Source of the DNA: Callorhinchus milii
Taxonomy: Eukaryota
Length of the DNA: 64,000 bases
Assembly: GCF_018977255.1 (NCBI RefSeq)
Contig: NW_024704743.1
Location: forward strand, 93,994,001 to 94,058,000
Direction of reading: 5' to 3'
Position 1 is the stretch's first letter; every line of letters begins with the position of its first letter. Below are positions 27,301 through 40,200 of the stretch, piece after piece. The translations under genes and the position numbers were made by a program. The notes beneath the pieces are model-generated. The model was not told where the DNA came from. It was given only the letters and a program-made list of their open reading frames with translations, and did no database searches.

Positions 27301-30300
27301 CGTTCACAAAAGAACAACATTTTGTATTTATGTAGCAGCCTTCACGCAGGATAATGTCCCGGAGTGCTGCACAGTGACTGGAGGCAAAAGAGGAGCGAGA
27401 GGTGACCTATGCGAAGGGTGCAATATAAACGCAAGTTTAGGTTTCATGCTGGTATATAAATATGGTTATAGAGAGGCTGAGGTGGAGGGGTAGGGTCAGG
27501 GAGATCCCGAGTTGATGGCTTACTTACTGAAAGCTCGGCCACTGATAGTGTTACAGAGGAAGCACAGCAGGCTCATGTTAGCTAAGCAAAGGTGATGAGC
27601 AGTGAAATGGAGCAAAGCTTTAGGAACACAGTTTAACTCGCCCTGATATTAATACAACAGGGAATCACAATAGGCACTCCTGAGCTCAGGCTGTCCTCCA
27701 GCCACTGTAAAATCTCATTCTCTGCAATATCTTCTGATTCTGGTCTTCTAATTGCTCCTCACTCCCATCATCCAAACATCAGTGGTTGAGACTTCAGTTG
27801 CCTCTGCTCCTGCTCAATGCAGCTCTCTCAAAATCCCTTTGCTTTGCTCCTTCACTCCCTGGCTTCAAAACCCTCTTTAAAAACGTATCTCTTTAACTGT
27901 GCTCAACATCCTGCCCTTCTTGCTTCTAGATCTCCATCATTTTTGTAAAGTTTCTTGAAATGCTCATCCTACATCTTCACCTAAAAATCCCATCAGACTC
28001 TAATTCCGCCCTATATCTCTGATCTTTTACTGCCCAACTGCACCCCAGCCTGATCAATGATACCATCAGCGGCCAATTATTCAGATTCTACACCACTGAC
28101 CTCTGGAACTCCCTCCCTCTGCCCCTCTGTTTCACGCCCTCTTTATCTGTCTTCAAATCTTGCCGTAAAACCTACCTCTTCAACCACGCCTATCGTCATG
28201 TCCTCCATTTCCCCCTCTTCCCTATTTCTGGGTCCAACCCTGTTGCTACAAAGTACCACAAGATATCCTACGTGAAGGACGCAATATAAATGCCAATTGT
28301 TGCTTACGCAAAAGGCACTGTGTAAATGCAGATGCTTGTGTAATGATTCCAAAGCCTGTTGTGCTAATTGTGATCGCTTCAATATATTGCTGTTTGAGCA
28401 GGTATTTCCAGAGGCTGGTGTATAACATCTCCCTAACGCGTTATAAGGAAGTGTATGCAGCAGCAGCAGAGGTTCTGGGACTCGTCCTGCATTACTTTGC
28501 AGAAAATGAGAAGGTGAGGACCATCAGTCTAATAACCCAGTGATGACTGTGTGGGGCGGAGAGCTTTTTTGATCAAAACTTTTATAATAATAATATTCTT
28601 CGCATTTGATATAGCGCCTTATCACGTCTTCAAGATGCCTCAAAGCGCTTCACAGGATACACTAAAGTGAATTGACTGTGTATTTTGTGGGCGAAAACGC
28701 AGCAGCCAATTACGCACAGCAGCGTTCCACAAACAGTCGTGGATTGAGTGACCAATTTATTATTATTTTTTGATGGAATTATTACCCCCGGAAAAGCAAT
28801 CCGCCAATCGACTAACAACCGAGTTACTACTTACTGCGCGATAAACAGAGGCGTGTGGAGTAAGGAAACTTGCCCAGCGTTTCACCCTGCCGGGAATCAA
28901 ACCCAGGTCTTTTGTTTGCGGTGAACACATTCCTAGTATGCCTTTGCAATCTACTAGAAGCAAGGATCAGTCAGTGCAGCACTTTGTCCCACACGTCGGG
29001 ACTTTAAACTCATGTAGTCTAGGCTGACTGTATTGGAGTGCTTGGGGATGTCCTGCATTGTTGGAGATGTCATCGTTCAGATGAGACGTTAAATTGAGTT
29101 CCTGTCAGTCTGTTCAAGTAGGCATTAAAGAACCCATGGCACTACTCAAAAACAAAAGGGAGTTTAACTTGGTGTCTTGGCCAACAATCCCCCAGATAAA
29201 ATTAATCATTCACTTCATCCCTATTTGTGAGACAATTGCTGTGAGCAAATTGGCTGTCGCGTTCACTTACAAAATACAATCTCTACACTTTTCAGTATAT
29301 CCTGTGAAACCCTTTGAGATGGCCTCCTGACATGAAAGATGCTGTATCAAATGCCAGGATTATTTTTATTTTAACTTTCTGTTCCTTCATTATGTTGTCA
29401 AGTTTAAGTTTTCTTCAACTTGTTGCCATACTTCTGTTTTGCAGCAAGTGGACGGGCTGGTTCACGATTTAATTGCTAAAGAACTAAAGCAGCTTCAACA
29501 ATCAAAAGAGGACAAGTTTATTGTGTGTTTGAGTAAGATTGTGAAGAACTACCCTCCTTTCGCTGACAGGTAAGAGGTTAAACAATTGTACCTTTTAAGC
29601 TCAGCCTGAGAGTGGAGTCCAGTCTTTGAACGCAACCTTGAGCGAGTGCTCTAACCACTGAGCTACAGGACTCCAATGAAGGTTGAGGTGAGAGAGGTGG
29701 TGAAGGAGGATAGAGTGATCAAGGAGGATGAGGAGATAGAATATCATTAGTGACTTTATTATTTATTAATCTTATTTATCTGTAAGACAAAGTGAGATTT
29801 TAAATTTATTTTGCATTTAAAGTATTTCTTTTCTAATTATTTGTGGTTCACAATCTTTGTTACTTTCCATAGAAAGAGTCCTGTAGCTCAGTCGTTGTGG
29901 AGGACTTGTGGACTCCTGTAGCTCAGTGGTTAGAGCACTCGCCTGGCAAGCGAGAGACCTGGATTCAATTCCAGGCAGGCCAGGGTGAAACCTTGGGCAA
30001 GTTTCCTTACTCCACACGCCTAATAATAATCTCTCCAAAACAATAATAAATTGGTCGTTTTCAATCCACGACTGCTTGTGGGACACTGCTGTGCGCAATT
30101 GGCTGCCGCGTTTCGCCCACAAATGTATAGTCAATTCACTTTACAGTATATTCTGTGAAGCGCTTTGAGATGTCGAGAAGACGTGAAAAGCGCTATATCA
30201 AATGTAAGGATTATTATTATAGAAATCAAATCTCACCTCCCTCCCTCTCTCCCTGCTTGCCCCCTGCCTCTCACTGTAACAGTGCTCCGAGACGTTATTC

Positions 30301-33300
30301 TACATGAAGATGCCATGTAAATTAAAGTAGTTGTTGTTTGCTGTTGTTATAGAAGGTTTTTGAATCAAGTGTTCTACCTGTTACCGAAACTTCACGGTGT
30401 GTTGAAGACTCACTGCCTCGAGGTGGTGATGCATCGAGCAGAGACGATAATTGACATCTTTCAGGAACTGAAGAACAAGAACTTTGTGCAGATCATGAGT
30501 TACTCGTGAGTAGAAAGCTGGTCTAATGCCAGCCAGTTTGTGTTGACATCCTCTTTCTTTTGCTGACTATACCAATTTATTTTCATTTCCGCTCCCAGTA
30601 CAGGCACTTTCTTCCTTACTTGCCTCCAGATCTGTTCATGCCAACTAAAAGCTAGTCAACCTGCCTCGAGTTCAATGGCAGTGCCACACGAGCCAGATAC
30701 CAGGATGTGTATGAGAACACCTTCAGTTCAGCAAAGTGCATTGTCACAGCATGGCACAGTAAATGAAAGTATAAATACAGTATTGCACAATCCATTTGAG
30801 CTTCTTTGGATTTTGTCCTAGCACAGAAAGTATTTTGGTGAGCCAGGGGACTGTATCCCAACATAGCACAGTGTGCTGCAGCTTAGACCCTTCTTTCTTA
30901 GCCACTATGCCCTGAATCTCTGGATCTCCTAGCCTCAATCCCACTGTCTTGCCTCCTCTTTGCCCATCTTCAAATCACACCTAAAGACTTTCCTCTTTGA
31001 CTGTGCCTTCAGTCAACTCCCTTTACGGCTTGTGTCAAGACACACCGATATTAAGCGCTCTGAAGCATTACCCATGTAAAGAGTGGTGTATAAGTGCAAG
31101 CTGTTGTTGTTTTCTTTATTTTCTTAGCCTAAAATTTTTTTCCTCATTATTCCAACACTTTGTTGATTATCTCTTACATGTCTTTATTTATGGAATGGTA
31201 AATAGCACTAAATGTTCTTACACAATAAAGACAACCAGGGAAGCCCAAAAATAGACAATGTTTCCTGGAAACATTTTTGTATGTATGTTCACGGGTTACT
31301 ATTGGAAAACCTCACTAACCTTGGTCAGTTCTTGTTCTTAAGGGATGAAGAGCGGCAGAGGATATGTTTGGACATTGTGTACAAGATCATAGCCAAATTG
31401 AAGGCGGAAGAAGTGAAAGTATTCCTCGTTCCAGTAATCGCTTTCATTTCTCATCCATCTCCTGTCTGTCGAGAACGAATGTACGACATCCTGATGTGGA
31501 TCTATGACAATTACAGGTACACAAACCTTCTTTGAGTAGAAGAGAAATCTTCACATTCATAAACAAAGGGAACTTTGAATGGGTGGATGTGGGTGTTTCA
31601 ACTTTGTTGCAGCCATTACTAAAAAGCCTCCATTGTTCGTTATGAACCAAATGCAGTAAAGAAAGCAACTCTGGAAAATACTAGGATAAATTACCATTTA
31701 AATAATAATCCTTGCATTTGATATAGCGCTTTTCATGTCTTCTAGACGTCTCAAAGTGCTTCACAGAATATGCTGTAAAGTGAATTGACTGTATATTTGT
31801 GGGTGAAACGCGGCAGCCAATTGCGCATAGCAGTGTCCCACAAACAGTCGTGGATTGAAAATGACCAATTTATTATTGTTTTGTTTTTTGGAGGGATTAT
31901 TATGAGGCGTGTGGAGTAAGGAAACTTGCCCAAGGTTTCGCCCTGCCTGGAATTGAACCCAGGTGTCTCGCTTGCAAGGCGAGTGTTCTAACCACTGAGC
32001 TACAGGTCTCCACGCAGTTTTGGAGATTTGATTTTATAACTGAATTTAAATTTGAAATTGCTAGAGTGAATTTAATGAATAATTTATTTTGTATTAGATA
32101 AAATGCTAATGAATGTTCTACTTGTTGCACGTTTTACATATTCATTTGGTAGTAGCATATTTGTACAAGGCGTGACTAAAACATCTAAATAATTAACCTA
32201 GAAAGCTTGCTTTAAGTTTTGGGGCTCCCTTAGGGATCCATCGCTCAGAATTTCCAAAATGAACAAGTGTATTGTACAGTATTTGGTTTCTTTATATTTT
32301 ATTTGTTATATGTATGTATAATATGGGTGCTCCAACCATTTCTTTCCCACTCTGCAGAGACGCAGAGAGCCAGTCTGACCCCGACTCCAAGGCAGTGTTT
32401 GTAACAACAAAGGACACATTACTTCAGGGACTGACTGATGACAATCCTGCACTGCAGTAAGTGACTGGTCACAACATTCACTTGGAGCTCTTATAAGTTG
32501 CATTCAGTATCTTTTGTAGATTTTTTTTCTTTTGAATACTTTTAAAATGGAATCTTAAAGAAGAAATTATCTTATTTTTCCTTTTCAGATTGTATGTCAG
32601 AAATTTCTGGGGTCATGAAAACAGGCTTCCCACAGGAACCCATGATAGATTGATGGCTATTCTGAGGTCGATGTATTCCAACAAGATAGAGACTCAGTAC
32701 CTTAGTATAGCTACCAACCTCTTGCTTGAAATGACAAGTCGCAGCCCAGACTATACACGGGAAATGTTTGAGTATCCACTGTCTGAATGCAAGTTCCAGG
32801 TAAATATACAAGGCTTGTTGGATACAGCAACTTAATCCAGAATCTTGCTGGATTGATTTTAAATCTTTTCAGAAATTTGCCAATTCTTAGAAGTGTACTA
32901 TTCTACAACAAGAAAATTAATTGGTTTGCTCATAAGTGCCCAAAACCTTCTTGAAGGACTGCTAGAAGGTGATTGATGTGGCCCCATCAGAGATGCCACT
33001 AGCTTGATCACTGGTGGGATTTCTAGGTTGAAAAGAGGAATTGGCTGAACAGTCATTCTCACGATCAGTCTCAGGCCTGCCAGGAGGCTTGAACAGGTTG
33101 TGGTGTTCCAATGTTTAATGGACTAGATTTGTTGTAAAGATGCAGGACAGTGAGAATGTGCATCAGCCTGGCTCAGTTAGTAGCACTATGGCCTCAGTCA
33201 GAAGGTTGTGGGTTCAAGCACCGTGTCGGGAATTTGAAATCTTAGTCACGATTGATATTCCAATGCAGGGCTCGGGATATGTTGCATTGTTAGAGATGCC

Positions 33301-34261
33301 ATCCTTTGGATGAGACGTTAATCCGAGCCCCCTTCTGCTTGCTCAGATAGACGTTAAGCATTCCATTCGTTACTTGAAAAGAGAAGGGAGATTCTCCCAA
33401 TGACAATCCTGGCCAAAAGTCCACCCCCAAAAATGTGGCGTTTGCTTCATGGCTACTTGTGGGAGATTGCCGTGCATAAATTGGCTGTCACGTTCAACTA
33501 CAATATACAGCTAGTCATTATACTTTACAGTGTATCCTGTGAGATGCTTTGAGACAGCCTTCCAGAGTGAAGCTGCTATATCAAGTATATGGATTGTTTA
33601 TTATTATGCCTGTGAGTTTGTTAATCCGGTTATTATATTGTGTTTGTTGTGTCATATTAAAAACGATAGACTTTAAAAAGAACATAGGACCTGGAATAAT
33701 TGGATTGTGTAGAAAGTGTATAATTGACCCTCCCACAGTTCATGATTCATGCTCATCTCATTTTATCCAGCGATACTAATAACCTTACTGTTGCTTTAGG
33801 ATTATAACATTGATTCAAGTTGGCAGCAACGCAGCACGATTCTCACTCCCATGTTTGTGGAGACTCAAGCTACGCAGAACAGTAGCAGAAGCCAATCACA
33901 AGAAGGTTCCCTGACTGCTCAGGGGACAATAGGTGGCTTGGTCAGGGGCACCCAAACTCATTATGAGTTTACTCCGACTCAGAATCCAGGTGAGCGGGGA
34001 TCAATTCTCTCTCGTATCTGTTGCTAACTTTTCTGTCCAGATGAACTTGTAATTATTACACGTTGACTTATTGTTATATTGCATGGAATTATTTTCCTAG
34101 GGACTGCTAAATTCTGTCTGTACCTGTAGGGTGACTAATGTGCTTTCTTTTTTTTACTATGTACTATATATATATATATTCTTGACTGTATTGCTCTATA
34201 TGTATTTGTTACTGTAATGTTCCTTTTCGCTCTATGTGTGTGTCAGCCTGACTCAATTGGA

Positions 34262-34292
<31 letters not shown>

Positions 34293-37200
34293 TTGGGGTT
34301 TGCAACTCATAGTCCAAGCTGACACACCAATGAAGTCCTGGGGTGTCCTGCAGTGTTGGAGATGGCATCCTTTATATGAGACATTAAACCGAGGTCCCGT
34401 ATGCCTGTTAAAGAACCCATTGCACAATTTAAAAAGAGAAGGGAGTTTCTCCTGATGTCCTAACCAACAAAATCTCATCGAGATAAAATCAGTCACTTAC
34501 TTCATGGCTGTTTTGGGGCCATCGCTGTGTGCAAAATGTCTGCTACGTTTGCTGACAAAATACACTGCCTCTACACTTTACAGTAAAATCCTGTGGAGAC
34601 CTTTAAGACGTCTTGAAGACCTGATAAATGTGCTATGTCCAAATTATCTAATCCTGACAGGAGGTGCAAACATAACTCTTGTTTATTACACATGTAAAGG
34701 ACAAGCATTCTGATGTTTCTTCATCAATTATTTCTCTTTTTAGATGCGCGGAATTTTAATTGGCTAACGGGGAACAGCCTGGATACTTTTGCAGAATACT
34801 CACTCCCGTCCCTCGCCTCGGAACCAGGGTCCTCCTCACTCCTGGTGTTTTCTCGGTGGAGTGAGCGACTACACAGACCAGCTAAGAAACCGGTTGGTCC
34901 GGATTTTGGGAAGAAAAGACTTGCTTTGCCCGGAGATGAGGTTGACAGTAAGACTAAAGGTAGCATAATTGGCCATATTTTCTCGCTAGATTTCTCTCCA
35001 TCTTATAGGTCTTGTTATGGATAAGAAAACAGAGCCATTGCAATAGAAGTTTAGTGGTTTGCAAACCACTGCAAGGGGTGGTGGGAATGGCGATTTGTGG
35101 CTGTGATTCCTTGTGTGGCTGAGTTATAGTTATTCTACATCACAGGGATAGTTGACCAGAGGGCAGACATCCTACGACTGAGGCGTCGTTTCCTCAAAGA
35201 TCGGGAGAAGGTGAGCCTCATCTTTGCCAAGAGAGGCATCCGGGAGCAACGGGCAGAACAGGTAAGCTCTTCTTAACATCCTCTTAAAGGTGTTGGTATA
35301 AATGAGAACGTTATAATATCCCAACCCGCAATGCAACAGGTCTCAAACCAGGTCAGCGCTTCTGCATTGTGACGTTGCCAATTACGTGACCGACAATTTG
35401 ACTGCACATGCGTGAAGAAAGTCATCCGGCCTCCCTCCCAGTCTAAATATCAGATTATTAAGTTGCCACCGACGTCACTCCCTGGGCATTACATAAATAT
35501 ACAGAAACCTGTCAGCCTCTCGATACACAGCCCAACATACTTGACTCCCCACCACCCTCACCACCCCCCCCACCCTTTGCAGGCATCTTACCATCTTTCA
35601 TAGGGTGAACTCAGTGGTGAGATTGCAATGCTAAAATAAAATGGCACTGCGCATAGAAAATTGTTACATATATTGCGTTTCATTCAGTCTCACACAAAGT
35701 AATCTTTTCAAGTAAAAATTAAATGTAGCCAATTTGAGGTTATATGTACAGCTATGGAAATATTGTTGATTGCCCTCCGTGACACAAAACACTTCCTGGT
35801 GTTTGTCTTAAAATGGCGCTTTCACAAGCCTGAAACTGCCCTCTCACCCTGCTGTCTTGATGATCTTGGGAGGGGGAGGCTTTCAGTGATGTCAATTGCT
35901 TACCGGTTGCTTACAGCTGTGATTTGAACAAAAAAAGCATTTAAGAGGAAACTTGATGCGTACATGAGGGACAGGGGAATAGGAGCGGTTGGTCTGCTGT
36001 AACAAACTAGCAAAAGAGTTGGCCAGTTTGCATGAGATATCCCTGATGATTCTTTTTGTTGCTTTCTTCCTGATTCAGAAATTAAAACGGAAAAGAGGAT
36101 GGAACGGGATGCGAAGGTTACTCTGTACAGAAGTTATCGTTTTGGAGATCTGCCTGACATTCAGATCAAATACAGCAGTTTAATTGCTCCCTTGCAGGCG
36201 CTGGCCCAGGTCTGAATTTGTAAATCAAATCTTTAGTAACCAACCCTCTGAGGTCCTAAATAAATCTAAATCAACTGCCAATTCCTTCCCTTATTCTCTC
36301 TTTGGCTGTTAACCAAAGTAATAACAGGTAAAACATTGAGCACTGCCTGGACTGGGTGGTTCTGTAGGAAAAAAAAATGATTATCCAAAGATCAGACTGC
36401 CTGTCCCCCACCCCAGGCAAAAAAAACAGGAGTTGCATATATTTTGATAATCATCTGAATCTCATTACTATTGGGCTACAGATAATCAACCTGTTGTATT
36501 GATAGTAATTTCAGTACCCTAAATGCCACTCATGCTTAGATTAGCTAATTTAGCACACGGAGGGAATCAAACCAAGGAACTTTCCTTTTCTATCTGTAAG
36601 GTTCAGCTACTCACTGCATAAACCTGCTGATTCTTGGTGGGAAAACACAGTCTTGTGTTCTTAACAAAAACTTGCATTTATACAGTGCTCTTCATGCAAA
36701 ACAACAACAGCAACAAAATTACATTTGTATAGCACCTTTCACGTCGGGAGGACATCCCAAGGCGCTGGACAGACAGTTACGGACCCCAAAAAACAAAGTG
36801 TTAGAATGCTGTGATTGTACGATCTCTGCAAGGTCCTGGGTTTGAGGCATCTGCTGGGTAAATCTTATCAGAGACTGAACTCTGGGGCAAGGTTGGGGAG
36901 TGGTAAGAAAGTGACAACAGAAGTTTAGCATCATTTGCAATTGTTTTACAGAAAGACCATTCACTTGCTAAGCAGCTCTTCAGTGCCCTATTTTCTGGAA
37001 TTCTTGAAGAAGTGCACAAGTCTAAGACTGCTGAAACAAAGGATATTTCAAAACAGCTTGTGGAGAACTTCAATTATTTACTTAAAGCTACAACCCTGAA
37101 TTTCCCACCATTTGTGGCCTGCATTCAGGTAACAACTTGTATTTATATCGTGGCTTGCATGTAGCATGTGGAGTCCTGTAGCTCAGTGGTTAGAGCACTC

Positions 37201-40200
37201 GCTTTGCAAGCGAGAGACCTGAGTTCAATTCCAGGCAGGTCAGGGCGAAACCTTGGGCAAGTTTCCTTACTCCTCACAGAGCCTAATAATAATCCCTCAA
37301 AAAAAAAACAATAATAAATTGGTCATTTTCAATCTACGACTGTTTGTGGGACATTGCTGTGCGCAATTGGCTGCCGCGTTTGCCCACAAATATAGTCAAT
37401 TCACTTTACAGTGTGTTCTGTGAAGCGCTTTGGGACATCCTCCCGACGTGAAAAGCGCTATATCAAATGCAAGGATTATTATTATTATAGAATAATAGCT
37501 TGGGGCGTTGTACTGAGATGGTGCCAGACACCTTGGAGGGAGGGATGATGTGGGAGGGAGGGAGTTGACTCTAACCGTTGTCAATAAAGTAGTTTGTAGG
37601 TGTTTTTTTAAGACTGAGGGGAGAGAAGATGGAAGGGATGAGGGAGGGAGGTTCAGAGGGGTTGGTGATAGTGCCTGAAGGTTCGGACACTGATGAGATG
37701 CTGGAAAATGTCCAGTATCACTGAGAAATGGATTTGAAATAAGTTTACGTTCAATGCATTTTAGACCTAAGATGGATTTCTAATGTCTTTGTGAGTCACA
37801 GGAGACTAATGGGCACGGTTGCTGTCATATTTAGGACTGTTGTAATAATCTAAATCTTGCAAAGAATCTCCTTGGAAATGAATAATTTAAAAAGCAATGG
37901 CAATTTGGGCAAAATTGGATGATTTTGTATTTATTGTGCTGATAACATACGTTATAGAAATGGAATATGCCTTGAGGTAAGATGTGAATTTGAACCTATT
38001 TGGAATACAACAACTTGCAGTTTACGGTGCCCTTCACGCAGGATAGTTAGTATCTTGGAGCGCTGCGCAGTGTTGGTGTTTGACTCCGAGCAAGAGGGGA
38101 GTGGGAGGTAACTATAGGCCCGATCGAAAAGATAGGTCTTCAGGTGGGATTTCAAATTAGGTAAAGAGAGGGTGAGCTGAGAGATTGAGGATGGTTTGGG
38201 GGCTCAGCAGTTGAGCAAAGGGGGTAGGCAGAGAAGTAGGGTTTGAGACAATCAGCAAGATAGGGAATTAATTGGGTTTGAAGGGATTGTACGCAAAGGT
38301 GAGGATGTTGAATTTGATCTGTTAGGAAACAGGAATGGAGCCTGGCGAGGATTGGGGTGGTGGGGCGGAGTTTGGTATAGGTGAGGATACGGTGGTGCAC
38401 TTTTGTATTAGTTAGATGTTGTGGGTAGTGGCACTAGGGAGACCAGCAAGGATTGTGCTTGACAAATTAATAATAATAATACTTGCATTTGCTGTAGCGC
38501 TTTTCACGTCTTCTACACGTCTCAAAGCGCTTCACAGAATATGCTGTAAAGTGAATTGACTGTATATTTGTGGGCGAAACGCAGCAGCCAATTGCGCACA
38601 GCAGTGTCCCACAAACAGCCGTGGATTGAAAATGACCAATTTATTATTGTTTTTGTTTTGGAGGAATTATTATTAGACGTGTGGAGTAAAGAAACTTAGC
38701 CAAGGTTTCGCCCCGCTTGGAAATGAACCCAGGTGTCTCGCTTGCAAGGCGAGTGCTCTAACCACTGAGCTACAGGACTCCAAATCAAGGTGGAAGATGA
38801 CAAAGGCTTGGACGTGGGTTTCAGTGGCATTAGGTGTAAGATAAGATCAGAGGTGGGCAGTGTCATAGAGTTGGAGAAAAGCAGTACTGTTCAGGTTCCC
38901 AATGCGGTGTAGGAAAGACAGCTGTGGATTGAACTGGATGCGCACTGGTTTGGTGAGTTTGTGGAGGTCGGAGCCAGAGGAACAGTTCGTAGTTGCCGGC
39001 ATTACATATCGTTCTGTAGGTAAAAGTAACAACATTGATTATTAGTGCTTGATGCTTTTGAGCATGTATAAGAAGTTTGTGAGCATGTACTATAGCAGAT
39101 TGTGTGGTTTTAGCGGAGTAATTTCATGATTGTGGTGGTTTGCTTTTATTTGGCTAGGATATGAGTTGCCAACACAAAGATCTGCTGGGTCTTGACTCTA
39201 CCAGTGTAAGATCAACCTCCTTAGCCAGCTTGCAACAGCCGATGGGAATTCTGCTTCTGGAGAAGAGTTTGATCCATTCCACCACAAACGAAGAGCCACC
39301 GACAAAAAAAGCGCGAGGCAGACAAGAGCTCCCGCCTGACACAGACGTAGCCCGATGGATAGAGCTCGCTACGTGAGTGGGAATCCAATTATTTAAAAGC
39401 CAAGAGTATCAAAACTCGGAATTCTTGTCTCTGCCCAACAGTCAGACAGTTGTGTTGGTTCAACCCCCATATCGCGACTTGAGTTTATAGTCCAGGGGAA
39501 GCACTTCATTGTCAGTGAGTGAGACATTAAACCGAGACCCTGTTTATTAATAACAACAATAATAATAATAATAAACCTTGCATTTGATATAGCGCCTTTC
39601 ACATCGTCAAAATGTTTCAAAGCGCTTCACAGGATAAACTGTAAAGTAAGTTCACTGTGTATTTTGTGGGTGAAACACGGCAGCCAGTTGCGCACAGCAG
39701 TGTCCCATAAATAGCCATGGAGTGAGTGACCAATTTTTATTTTGAGGGACTGTTGGCCAGGACACCGGGAAATACAACCTCTTTTTGAACAGTGCCATGG
39801 GATCTTTAATGTCCACCTGAACAGACTGACAGGACGTCAGTTTAACATCTGAGCTGAAGGATGTTTACCTGTTTGGGTGGACTGTAAAGATGCCATGGCA
39901 CTGTTCAGAAAGAGAAAAGGCAATTTCTCATGGGTGGCCAGGCCAGCAGTGCCCCAGTCAATTCGTCATTCATCTCAGGGCAGCTTGTGGTGCTGGCCCA
40001 AATTATATACAATCAATTCACTTCACAGTATATTCTGTGGCGTGCTTTGAGACGCTACATCAAATGTAAGGATTATTATTATCTTCTGTGAAGCGCTTTG
40101 AAATTCTCAACGATGTGATAAAGTGCTATATCAAATGCAAGGAATATCATTATAGTGTGGACTAACAGCAGCATACATGCTTGAACCCTGATCCTTTTGC

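Noticed and set aside
29908..29985. tRNA-Ala(TGC) genes at the SINE heads
   Set aside because: A/B boxes and the anticodon arm are present, but there is no pairing 3' acceptor strand and each runs into a SINE body and tail.
37690..37730. ctgatgag-atgctgg...ccagtatc hairpin resembling a hammerhead ribozyme
   Set aside because: GAAA does not follow the stem directly and I could not form stems I and III.
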